DNA of 64,000 nt from Candidatus Gottesmanbacteria bacterium (GCA_023245415.1 JAHFKJ010000004.1:2798-66797), one strand, 5' to 3'; positions 41,146 to 49,342 are shown, counted from the stretch's first letter. Notes: a model not told the origin generated them from the sequence alone. Program-made: numbers and translations.

Positions 41146-41238
41146 AATACGTTACCCCTACCTGATGTAATCTGCCTGCGATTCGCCGATCCGGGATCGT
41201 TTTAGATATAACAATCCAGGAAATTTATTACTTTTTAA

Positions 41239-41505
41239 CTAATTTATTCCCAAAAACTCTTTTATCATCATTCGTAACGTTGTTTTTCCTTTGGTGGTTT
41301 TGAAATATTCTTCTCTGCGTTTCGCATCTTTTTCATTGCGATACGCTTCATAATGAATGAGCTCAAAGGGAATATAGGGTTTTGTAGAAAGTTCAGAACC
41401 AGAATTGTGCTCTTGTACACGTCTTTTTAGATCTGAAGTAAAACCGACGTAAATAAAATCTTTTGTTAGACTACTTAGAACATACACGTAATAGAAATTC
41501 GACAT
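41239..41505 (-). CDS. GIY-YIG nuclease family protein (short; C-terminally truncated paralog of 45791-46249)
   Basis: FYYVYVLSS...IYVGFTSDLKRRVQEHN GIY-YIG motif; nucleotides 41266-41370 ~95% identical to 46010-46115. Confidence 0.75.
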   Translation of the reverse strand: MSNFYYVYVLSSLTKDFIYVGFTSDLKRRVQEHNSGSELSTKPYIPFELIHYEAYRNEKDAKRREEYFKTTKGKTTLRMMIKEFLGIN

Positions 41506-41509
41506 GAGT

Positions 41510-41670
41510 AATAGTGAGGACGCACCAGTCGTGACGAACCATACGATTCATCACTCCGGCGCATCCCAACGCGCACAACAGTTTTAGTCACGCTATCGTG
41601 GCGAAAAGGTATACCGTCGGGTATACCTCGTAGCGGTGCACCGTATGGTGCGCTGCTCGCCACCACGCCG
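41510..41670 (-). other. degenerate copy of group I intron 3' half + tRNA-Asn 3' region (intron/tRNA remnant)
   Basis: Minus-strand segments GCGCACCATACGGTGCACCGC, GAGGTATACCCGACGGTATACC and GATAGCGTGACT parallel the intron's GACGCACCATGCGGTGCATC, GTAGAGACTATACACCCGATCC and GAGATAGTCCAGTCC at 46378-46575; a GGTTCG T-loop-like piece follows. Confidence 0.35.
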
Positions 41671-41785
41671 ATTACACTATATCAGATTTTCAATAGGGAA
41701 ACGGTTGCCAGACTTAGGATCCAACTCGAAGTAGCACAAAAACTAGCCAATAATCCGCTCTATTATGAAGTTGTGGAGGTAACCA

Positions 41786-41989
41786 ATGGAAGATTTTGCC
41801 AACTACCCGTACCGTCTGAGAACTAAAAATGGACGCTATGTGAGCCAACAAACACTCTCTAGGTTGTCCAGCTATAGCCAGAAGTATCTGTCGTTATCGG
41901 AAACTGGAAAAGCTAAACTGTTTACGCGTTGCCTGAAGATAATTTTGGAGTCGTTAGGGATAAAATATATCGCTCCAGGACACTTCTAA
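41786..41989 (+). CDS. hypothetical small protein
   Basis: 67 aa ORF with GGAGG 7 nt upstream of ATG. Confidence 0.3.
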   Translation: MEDFANYPYRLRTKNGRYVSQQTLSRLSSYSQKYLSLSETGKAKLFTRCLKIILESLGIKYIAPGHF

Positions 41990-42144
41990 AAAGAATTTTG
42001 TGTGTTTCGACAAGTGTTTTCATTAACCTTTCTTTCTGCGCTGAGGTAGTTGTTTCTAAGTTGGTGGAAAAAACTATTCTTTTTATCTTCTGATTATGCC
42101 TTATAATAGCCTCTGTCATGAAATTTAACCTCAAGTGTAGGAAT

Positions 42145-44586
42145 TTATTTTAACCATCTTCGAACTACATTTAGCCGATAGACTAATTTAAACGTTTCGA
42201 CAATGAAAAACATAAGAACCGATAAACCTATTGCAATGAGCCAATAATTCAAACCTAGATTACTTAACCCAAAAAATTGCATCATAGTGGGTGTTGAGAA
42301 TGGCAACACCTGTAAACTAAACCCGGCAAGAACGGCAATTATCAGCCATTTGTTTTCAAAAAGATGATTTCTCCAAAATGGAGTCAATAATGCTCTTACG
42401 GAAAAAACATAAGCCAGAGAGTTAAGCCCCAAGGTAATAAAAACTACAGAACGAGCCATGATAATATCGCCAGACATTTTATATACGATAACGAATGACG
42501 ACAGCGCTATTAAACCCGCCACTAAGCTCACAAAACCTATGAGAGCAATCATCCATCTATTCACTAAGCGCTCTCCTGACGGACGGGGTTTCTCTCTCAT
42601 AATACCCGTCCTTTTAGGATCAATTGTTAATGTTAAATTTGGGAATCCGTCTGAAATCAAATTTATCCAGAGAATCTGGACAGCGCTTATTGGTAAGGGT
42701 AATCCAAGTACTATGCCTCCAACAACAACCAGAATCTCTGCAAAAGCATCACACATCAGATATAGGATTATTTTTCTGATGTTTTCAAACATTACTCTTC
42801 CTTCTTCTATCGCTCCTATTATCGTAGAAAAGTTAGAATCTAGAAGAACTAAATCTGCTGATTCTTTAGCAACGTCAGTCGCTTCACCTACCACAATACC
42901 AATATCAGCCTTGTGTAATGCCGGTGCGTCATTGACTCCGTCACCCATCATTGCCACAATTTCCCCATTTCTTTTCAAAGCTTCCACTATCATTAGCTTT
43001 TGATCGGGGGTGGTTCTGGCAAATAGCCGTATTGATTTTACTTTTTGTACCAATTCCTCAACGGTTAGCTTCTCTAACTCGTCGCCTGTCATTATTTCCT
43101 CTTTATCAACTGGTATTCCTAACTCGGATAAGACAAACTCTGAAGTTTTGGGGTAATCCCCCGTAATCACGGTGGTTTTGATACCTGCCGTCTTAGCTAA
43201 ATCAAGAGCTTCTTTAACTCCCGAACGAACCGGATCTGTAAAAGCCAATATGCCTACCCAGGTAAGATTTCCTTTAGCATCAGAAGTTTCTATACTTTTT
43301 TTCTCAACGGAAACTTCTTTTTTAGCAAGACCAATAAGTCTTTTCCCTTGTTTGCTTAAATCATCAATCGTTGAAACGATATCCTCTTTTTCTTTTTCTG
43401 ACAACGTTGTCCATTCCAGTAAAAGTTCAGGCGCTCCGTTCACAAAAAGCACATTATTATCTTTATACCACTGATGGAGACTGACAAAAAAACGTTCTCT
43501 TGGAGAGAAAGGTATGCTGTCAAGTCTGGGATGTTCGGAAACAAAGTCTTTAATAATTGTTCGTCCCCACTCAAAGGCAGAGATGACAACTGGGTCATCT
43601 AAATCGTTTGCTAAAAGTACCTGTTGTGCTAATTCCATTTCGTTTCCGATATGGTCAACGACCTCCATTTTCCCTTGGGTTAAAGTACCAGTTTTATCTA
43701 CACAGATGACCGTTACCCCGCCAAGTGTTTCAGCTGCCGATAGTTTTCTCACTAATCCCCTGCGCTTAACGATCTTTTGCATACCGATAGCCAAAACTAC
43801 GGTAAGGGAAACAAGAAGCCCTTCCGGAATGCTGGATACTGCCAAAGCGACAGAAGTCACGAAGATTTCCGTCACATTAAAACGGTACAAAATGCCAATA
43901 ATGAACACTATTGCTGTTAGCACTCCTACTATAATTACCAATTGTTTACTGAATATTTTGAGTTGGCATTGAAGGGGAGAATCCTCCTCCTGTTCTTGTA
44001 TTTGTTTAGCAATCGCCCCCATTTTTGTAAATGCTCCTGTTGTTTCAACAATCATCACTCCTTGCCCTGAAGATATTGTCGTACCCATAAATACGCTATC
44101 ATCCTTAACTTTGTTAACTGGAACACTTTCACCAGTAAGTACCGCCTCATCAATATAGAGACGGTTAGCAAACGTAATTTTTCCATCAGCTGGTATTTTT
44201 ATTCCCTGATCCAAAATCACCACATCACCGGAAACAATTTCTGATGTGTTAATGGTGCTTCTTTTTCCTTCCCGGACAACATTAGCCTTGTTTGTAACGT
44301 AGTGTTTTAGGGCTAAGAGAGCGTTAGTGGCCTTACTTTCTTGGATAAACCCCAAAATGGTATTAATAAATACTGCTAAGAAGATGATAAGGGAATCGGA
44401 ATAATGCCCAATAATCAAAGTAACAAAAGCTGCAAAACCCAAGACATAGATAAGAGGACTTCTAAGCTGTTGAACAAACAAAGAAAACTGACTGGGTGGT
44501 GGTTTTTCGGGCAAAATATTCAGACCGTCCTGAAGCTGTCTCTTTTTTACTTCCTCATTTGATAATCCTTGTTCATTTGGATACAT
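42145..44586 (-). CDS. cation-transporting P-type ATPase (type II, Ca2+-ATPase-like)
   Basis: 813 aa; DKTGTLT phosphorylation motif, TGDYPKTS-type nucleotide domain, GDGVNDAPAL hinge, 10 TM. Confidence 0.9.
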   Translation of the reverse strand: MYPNEQGLSNEEVKKRQLQDGLNILPEKPPPSQFSLFVQQLRSPLIYVLGFAAFVTLIIGHYSDSLIIFLAVFINTILGFIQESKATNALLALKHYVTNKANVVREGKRSTINTSEIVSGDVVILDQGIKIPADGKITFANRLYIDEAVLTGESVPVNKVKDDSVFMGTTISSGQGVMIVETTGAFTKMGAIAKQIQEQEEDSPLQCQLKIFSKQLVIIVGVLTAIVFIIGILYRFNVTEIFVTSVALAVSSIPEGLLVSLTVVLAIGMQKIVKRRGLVRKLSAAETLGGVTVICVDKTGTLTQGKMEVVDHIGNEMELAQQVLLANDLDDPVVISAFEWGRTIIKDFVSEHPRLDSIPFSPRERFFVSLHQWYKDNNVLFVNGAPELLLEWTTLSEKEKEDIVSTIDDLSKQGKRLIGLAKKEVSVEKKSIETSDAKGNLTWVGILAFTDPVRSGVKEALDLAKTAGIKTTVITGDYPKTSEFVLSELGIPVDKEEIMTGDELEKLTVEELVQKVKSIRLFARTTPDQKLMIVEALKRNGEIVAMMGDGVNDAPALHKADIGIVVGEATDVAKESADLVLLDSNFSTIIGAIEEGRVMFENIRKIILYLMCDAFAEILVVVGGIVLGLPLPISAVQILWINLISDGFPNLTLTIDPKRTGIMREKPRPSGERLVNRWMIALIGFVSLVAGLIALSSFVIVYKMSGDIIMARSVVFITLGLNSLAYVFSVRALLTPFWRNHLFENKWLIIAVLAGFSLQVLPFSTPTMMQFFGLSNLGLNYWLIAIGLSVLMFFIVETFKLVYRLNVVRRWLK

Positions 44587-44606
44587 ACGTTAAATACACA
44601 CTTCTT

Positions 44607-45548
44607 TTATTTAATCCCTAAGATAAATAGGTAAGTAAAAAATAGTAATAGTAAAACTATTCCAACCCACTTTGGAATTGGCTTACCACTGTAACGTCGC
44701 AGAATAAATACAAAACAAATCGTTGTTAAGATTAACCACACCCAATCCATTATTGGTACAGTCATAACAGTGGAAAAAAGCATAGCCACGCCACCAATAA
44801 ACAATAAGTTATAAATATTGCTTCCAATGATATTGCCAATGGTAATTTTCTCTTGGTGCTCCTCCTGAGTAAAAAAAGTAGTAAATAGTTCCGGTAAAGA
44901 AGTAGCCACTGAAGTTAAAGACAACCCCAGAATCGTTGTTGAATAACCAGTGAGGATAGATATGCTCTCAACCGAAGTAACGATTAAGAAACCTCCTAAA
45001 ATAATTCCTGCGATTGATAATATGACCGAAACTATTTTTCCAAAAGTGAGTTTTTCATTGTTACGTTTCTTGAATTGTGCCGAGTCCTCATGACTTCGCC
45101 CAAACATGCCCAATTCATATTCTCCAATGGTAAATAAAATCGCCAACACAAGAAGAAACAGCCCGGAAAATAGAGAAGGGAGCTTCATCAACTGCAGAAT
45201 TAAAAAGAGTGCGGTTATACCCAAGAGAATCAATGCATTACGCTGTGTCTTGGTTGTGCCAATGCGCAGTTTTCCAATTAAAACGCCCGCTGGTAAAACC
45301 ATAAGAATATTGACGATATTTGAGCCAACGATGTTGCCAAACGCTAGACCGGCGTCATGCTTCAGAACAGCTATTGTGGATACAGTTAACTCCGGTAGTG
45401 ATGTGCCAAAAGCTACAATAGTAGTTCCAACAATAAGCGGTGAAATACGAATGACTCGAGAAATTTTTTCAACTAATTTAACGAGTGTATAAGTAGAAAA
45501 TAAAAGAACTGCAATACCTATGCAAAACTTTATTAACAAATCAATCAT
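44607..45548 (-). CDS. Ca2+/Na+ antiporter (CaCA/YrbG family)
   Basis: 313 aa; two alpha-repeats GTSLPELTVS and ATSLPELFTT. Confidence 0.8.
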   Translation of the reverse strand: MIDLLIKFCIGIAVLLFSTYTLVKLVEKISRVIRISPLIVGTTIVAFGTSLPELTVSTIAVLKHDAGLAFGNIVGSNIVNILMVLPAGVLIGKLRIGTTKTQRNALILLGITALFLILQLMKLPSLFSGLFLLVLAILFTIGEYELGMFGRSHEDSAQFKKRNNEKLTFGKIVSVILSIAGIILGGFLIVTSVESISILTGYSTTILGLSLTSVATSLPELFTTFFTQEEHQEKITIGNIIGSNIYNLLFIGGVAMLFSTVMTVPIMDWVWLILTTICFVFILRRYSGKPIPKWVGIVLLLLFFTYLFILGIK

Positions 45549-45619
45549 ATGTTCATTATTATGAGTTTATGCTTGAAATTCTTACGATTGAATAAAAAGT
45601 TAACGACTAAGATAAATCT

Positions 45620-45675
45620 AAGGACGGTCCTCAAACTAACCGTCACAACAATCTAAAAATAGAACAATTTCATTC
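45620..45675 (+). repeat. 55-bp island repeat, copy E
   Basis: aaggacggtcctcaaactaaccgtcacaacaatctaaaaatagaacaatttcattc. Confidence 0.9.
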
Positions 45676-45790
45676 ACTCCTCCTTGGCTGAAATCTCTTC
45701 AGCTTCGGTCAGTGGTTTGTACCTACACCCACTCAGGAACTATACTGCTAAACATGTTTAGTGTAACGAACGAAGTGTTTATAGTACATA

Positions 45791-46249
45791 TTACAATGAT
45801 TCATTCACTTCTTTAACCTGTTGTTTCGTAATCCAACCTTTTCCTTTACACGTTAAACAAATAGCTACCATGCCGGAGGTACGTACTCCACTACGGGTAA
45901 AAAACGATTTAGTCGGGGCTAATCTTGTGCCCTGACATATTGGACAAACCATTGCATCTGGAGGTTTTTGAGACAAATCCTTCTTGAAGGAAGAAAAGTA
46001 TTCCTGAAGCATCATTCGTAACGTTGTTTTTCCTTTGGTGGTTTTAAAATATTCTTCTCTGCGTTTCGCATCCTTTTCATTGCGATACGCTTCATAATGA
46101 ATGAGCTCAAAAGGAATGAAGGGCTTTGTAGAAAATTCGGAACCAGAATTGTGCTCTTGTACACGTCTTTTTAGGTCTGAAGTAAAACCGACGTAAATAA
46201 ATTCTTTCGGTATACTACTTAGAATATACACGTAATAGAAATTCGACAT
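45791..46249 (-). CDS. GIY-YIG nuclease family protein with C-terminal zinc-ribbon (CPICQ...CLTCKGKG)
   Basis: MSNFYYVYILSS...YVGFTSDLKRRVQEHN; start at Met 46249 (the table start 46279 would run into the tRNA 3' flank); lies immediately 3' of tRNA-Asn. Confidence 0.75.
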   Translation of the reverse strand: MSNFYYVYILSSIPKEFIYVGFTSDLKRRVQEHNSGSEFSTKPFIPFELIHYEAYRNEKDAKRREEYFKTTKGKTTLRMMLQEYFSSFKKDLSQKPPDAMVCPICQGTRLAPTKSFFTRSGVRTSGMVAICLTCKGKGWITKQQVKEVNESL

Positions 46250-46339
46250 GAGTAATAGTGGAGACGTGCCAGACGGCACATCCCTGCCTCACCATTCTTG
46301 GCGAAGCGATGAACCTAAGCGCCAGCGAATGGTTCGTTG

Positions 46340-46609
46340 CTCCCCCGGCAGGATTCGAACCTGCAACCTTCTTCTTACAGAAACCCTCTTGTTACCAAAA
46401 GGACTGGACTATCTCATTCCGCCAGATGCGGATCGGGTGTATAGTCTCTACACATTTATGATGCACCGCATGGTGCGTCAATTTAGCTCGGGATTGTCCA
46501 ACACCTATAAAGTGTAGGAGTCCCCCGAATTAGCCCGATTTTTCAAGTCGCCTTACGACGAAAAGCTGCCTTATGACAGGAAGCCGCTCTACCGTTGAGC
46601 TACAGGGGA
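46340..46609 (-). tRNA. tRNA-Asn(GUU) interrupted by a group I intron in the anticodon loop (between nt 35 and 36)
   Basis: Minus strand: acceptor TCCCCTG/CGGGGGA (U1-A72, discriminator G as in E. coli tRNA-Asn), D-arm GCTC-AACGGTA-GAGC, anticodon stem GCTTC/GAAGA, spliced loop CUGUUAA, T-arm GCAGG-TTCGAAT-CCTGC. Confidence 0.7.
46378..46575 (-). ncRNA. group I intron (~198 nt, no ORF)
   Basis: R-like element GTAGAGACTATAC and S-like element GAGATAGTCC (P7 GACTA/TAGTC); P1 formed by exon CTGU with IGS GCAG, with U.G at the splice site; terminal G before the 3' exon; P8-like hairpin CCGCATCTGGCGG. Confidence 0.6.
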
Positions 46610-46851
46610 ATATTTTGTTTTATAAATTGTCTACCGCGATAACTTTTTAACTGTTTTTCTCGTTTAAGAGCTTGCTGACGTGATTGGACTTGTTCTTGAT
46701 AAATAATTACCCAATCACCTTCCAATCTCGCAGTATAACTATTTTTAAATGTTTTTTCGTTATGTAAAAGTTCTCTAGTTTCTATATCTTCGGTTTGCCC
46801 TATATAAAACTTTCTATGCCTTTTGTTGTAAATTGCGTACACAATAAACAT
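46600..46851 (-). CDS. GIY-YIG nuclease family protein (third paralog, more divergent)
   Basis: MFIVYAIYNKRHRKFYIGQTEDIETRELLHN GIY-YIG motif; stop codon overlaps the tRNA 5' end by ~10 nt. Confidence 0.7.
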   Translation of the reverse strand: MFIVYAIYNKRHRKFYIGQTEDIETRELLHNEKTFKNSYTARLEGDWVIIYQEQVQSRQQALKREKQLKSYRGRQFIKQNIPL

Positions 46852-46862
46852 ATAAAGCTTTT

Positions 46863-46912
46863 CAGGAAGCTGCTCCTACCTCCGCCAGTTGGCGGAGAGC
46901 TACAGGGGGAAT
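46863..46912 (-). repeat. degenerate duplicate of tRNA-Asn 5' exon (acceptor + D-stem + anticodon 5' stem) with an inserted 7-bp-stem hairpin
   Basis: rc reads TCCCCCTGTAGCTC[TCCGCCAACTGGCGGAGGTAGGAGCA]GCTTCCTGAA versus the genuine TCCCCTGTAGCTC[AACGGTAGAGCG]GCTTCCTGT. Confidence 0.5.
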
Positions 46913-47089
46913 GTAAATGAGCGGTTTTATACATTTCGCACATGATTTTGCGAAAGTATAACCCCCTTCAAGCCGTTTTTATCCTCCACTGGAGGACAAA
47001 CCGGCAGAAGATGGGTATATTATATCATGACTTTTTAGTTATACTCCCATCCGAGTTTTTTATGGAAATAAATTGTTAATAAAAAGTCC

Positions 47090-47118
47090 TTGACAAGTCC
47101 TGATATTGGTACTATAAT
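47090..47118 (+). promoter_or_regulatory. consensus sigma70-type promoter TTGACA-17 nt-TATAAT; predicted TSS ~47125, giving a leaderless mRNA
   Basis: TTGACA at 47090-47095 and TATAAT at 47113-47118; ATG of the RHH gene at 47126. Confidence 0.5.
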
Positions 47119-47125
47119 ACGTATT

Positions 47126-47380
47126 ATGAACACTCCTCAGACACAAATCAAAATTAACTTACCTCTTGCTCTTAAGGATTACCTCGAAAGTAAAGCTGCG
47201 AAATACGATATTCCTATTGCCGCCTATGTGAAACATTTAATACTCAACGATGTCATTGATTTGGACTATCCGACATTTAAGATTTCTGATGCGTCTGAAA
47301 CAAGCGCACGTAAAGCCTTGCGTGATAAAAAGAAAGCTAAAAAAGTGAATAATGTCGCCCAGTATTTTGAACAACTCTAA
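47126..47380 (+). CDS. ribbon-helix-helix antitoxin
   Basis: MNTPQTQIKINLPLALKDYLESKAAKYDIPIAAYVKHLI RHH pattern; start at Met 47126 given the promoter. Confidence 0.55.
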   Translation: MNTPQTQIKINLPLALKDYLESKAAKYDIPIAAYVKHLILNDVIDLDYPTFKISDASETSARKALRDKKKAKKVNNVAQYFEQL

Positions 47381-47386
47381 ACGGAC

Positions 47387-47656
47387 ATGAATTTCCAAAT
47401 ATCTCCCGATCTGGAAAAGAAATTACAGAAAATTAAAGTCAAAGATAAACAACTAACAGAAAAAGTTCAAAAGCAGCTGGAATTATTTCAGAAAAATTAC
47501 TTTCACCCTTCTCTTCGAATCCATAAATTATCAGGAAATCTTGAAAATATCTGGAGTATTGCTATCGATAAGAATTATCGCATGTTATTTTTTCTAAGTG
47601 GAAAAGAGGCTTATTTTTTCGACATCGGAACTCATGATCAGGTATACAAAAAATAA
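47387..47656 (+). CDS. RelE/YafQ-family mRNA interferase toxin
   Basis: 89 aa; HPSLRIHKLSGNLENIWSIAIDKNYRMLFFLSGKEAYFFDIGTHDQVY matches the RelE/StbE/YafQ toxin pattern. Confidence 0.7.
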   Translation: MNFQISPDLEKKLQKIKVKDKQLTEKVQKQLELFQKNYFHPSLRIHKLSGNLENIWSIAIDKNYRMLFFLSGKEAYFFDIGTHDQVYKK

Positions 47657-47705
47657 TAGCATTATCCTTCATACTAATTTCTATACTTTTTGCTACAATC
47701 ACTAG

Positions 47706-48557
47706 ATGTCATGGCAGGTATTTATTGCGCTCAGCGTCGTCTCCTATTCATTTTCGACGATTCTGCAAAAATTTTTCCTGAGCAGGGAAAAGATCGACCC
47801 GATGGCTTTTTCAATCTTTTTTCAGATAGGTACCGGATTTATAATCGGAGCATTTGCCCTTGTTAATGGGAAACTTGTTTTCCCCTACATGACTTCTTTA
47901 GCTGTAAACTTTTTGCTCATGATCGTTCTCTACACTTTGGGCAATATTTTTCTTTTTTTTGCGTTACGGAAAATAAATGCGTCGCAGTTTACGGTAATAT
48001 TTTCCAGCCGGGTCTTTTTTACGATATTGGCTTCAACCTTATTTCTTCATGAAGGACTTATACCGATACAATTTGTAGGAATTATGCTGATATTTGTGAG
48101 TGTGGCATTGGTTTCGTTTAAGAATTCCCGATTTTCGCTGGGTAAATATGAACTTTTTGCACTCGGCGCAGCTGTGAGTTTTGGGTTTGGCAATAGCAAT
48201 GATCGGATTATTTTAAAATCTTTTCCATTATATCCATATGTCTCACTGGCCTTTTTACTGCCGGCCATTGCCACCATGGTGGTATTTCCGAAATCGCTGA
48301 AAAAAATTTCCTCCTTTTTTTCTTCTTTTTTGTGGGTGAAGATTTTCTTATATTGCAGCGTATATGCAATTTCAGCACTCACATTCTTTACCGCTTTACA
48401 AATCAGCAATAATTCTTCACAAGTATCAGCGCTAAGTCTTATGAGCGTCATCATAACAGTGATACTTGCGATATTTTTATTGGGTGAAAAAGAACACGTA
48501 GCCAGAAAAATCATGGGCGCGGTTCTAAGTGTCGCGGGAGTTCTGCTTTTAAGCTAA
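47706..48557 (+). CDS. EamA/DMT-family transporter
   Basis: 283 aa, 10 TM, two EamA-like halves. Confidence 0.75.
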   Translation: MSWQVFIALSVVSYSFSTILQKFFLSREKIDPMAFSIFFQIGTGFIIGAFALVNGKLVFPYMTSLAVNFLLMIVLYTLGNIFLFFALRKINASQFTVIFSSRVFFTILASTLFLHEGLIPIQFVGIMLIFVSVALVSFKNSRFSLGKYELFALGAAVSFGFGNSNDRIILKSFPLYPYVSLAFLLPAIATMVVFPKSLKKISSFFSSFLWVKIFLYCSVYAISALTFFTALQISNNSSQVSALSLMSVIITVILAIFLLGEKEHVARKIMGAVLSVAGVLLLS

Positions 48558-48630
48558 ATCTGCACTTAATATTGCTAGTTTTCCAAATTACCTCTTGCAA
48601 ATTAAAGTACAAATTCTTTACTATAGTTAT

Positions 48631-49320
48631 ATGAAGAGAAAACCTGCTCCCAAGATTTTCTTCCTTGTTTTGCTTGTTGCCTTAGGCTTGTATGCCTACA
48701 CCAATGTCCTCCCCTTTCATTTTTCCGGGCAAAATCCATTGGTTCCAGAGAATTTAACGGGTTATTATGACAAATCCTCAGAAAAAGGTGTTTGGCACGG
48801 CGAAGATGTCATGTCATATTATATTCCAGAACCTTCCAAAATCGCTAAAATATTGGGTACTTCCAGTGGTGCAGCCAAACGGATTGAGGTAGATCTAACA
48901 AATCAACATCTCTATGCCTATGAAGGAGATAAAAAAGTATTTGATTTTTTAGTTTCAACTGGTAAATGGGGCAAAACACCAACCGGGACTTTTAACATCT
49001 GGATTAAACTGCGCGCTACCCGCATGTCAGGTGGAAATAGCGCACTGGGTACATATTATAATCTGCCGAATGTCCCATATGTGATGTTTTTTGCAAATAA
49101 TGAGGTCGACCGTTCCCGTGGATATAGTCTTCACGGTACCTATTGGCACAGTAATTTTGGCCACCCAATGAGTCACGGGTGCGTGAATATGCGTACCGAA
49201 GACGCGGAAAAAATGTATTATTGGGCAGACCCTAATTTAAACGGCAAACCTTCAATTTCGGCATCGACCGATAACCCCGGCACTCCAGTCATCATCTACG
49301 GCACAGCCCCGGCGGAATAG
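48631..49320 (+). CDS. L,D-transpeptidase (YkuD domain)
   Basis: HPMSHGCVNM catalytic motif; signal anchor; start at Met 48631. Confidence 0.8.
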   Translation: MKRKPAPKIFFLVLLVALGLYAYTNVLPFHFSGQNPLVPENLTGYYDKSSEKGVWHGEDVMSYYIPEPSKIAKILGTSSGAAKRIEVDLTNQHLYAYEGDKKVFDFLVSTGKWGKTPTGTFNIWIKLRATRMSGGNSALGTYYNLPNVPYVMFFANNEVDRSRGYSLHGTYWHSNFGHPMSHGCVNMRTEDAEKMYYWADPNLNGKPSISASTDNPGTPVIIYGTAPAE

Positions 49321-49342
49321 GTAATATGCTATCATCGGTAGT

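Noticed and set aside
42458-43972. Four plus-strand ORFs of 71-181 aa antisense to the P-type ATPase gene
   Set aside because: Entirely embedded antisense in a strongly supported 813-aa CDS with low-complexity translations; typical spurious antisense frames. The same applies to antisense ORFs inside the pilin, MacA, folP, DnaG, GT39 and Cys-rich protein genes.
27984-45675. Considered whether the 55-bp repeats form a CRISPR array
   Set aside because: Spacing is 2-6 kb with whole genes between copies; repeats are longer than CRISPR repeats and partly overlap coding 3' ends; no cas genes.
46320-46620. tRNA-like ends with a long insert interpreted as tmRNA
   Set aside because: A canonical D-arm (GCTC-AACGGTA-GAGC) and anticodon stem are present, which a tmRNA tRNA-like domain lacks; group I R/S elements explain the insert better.
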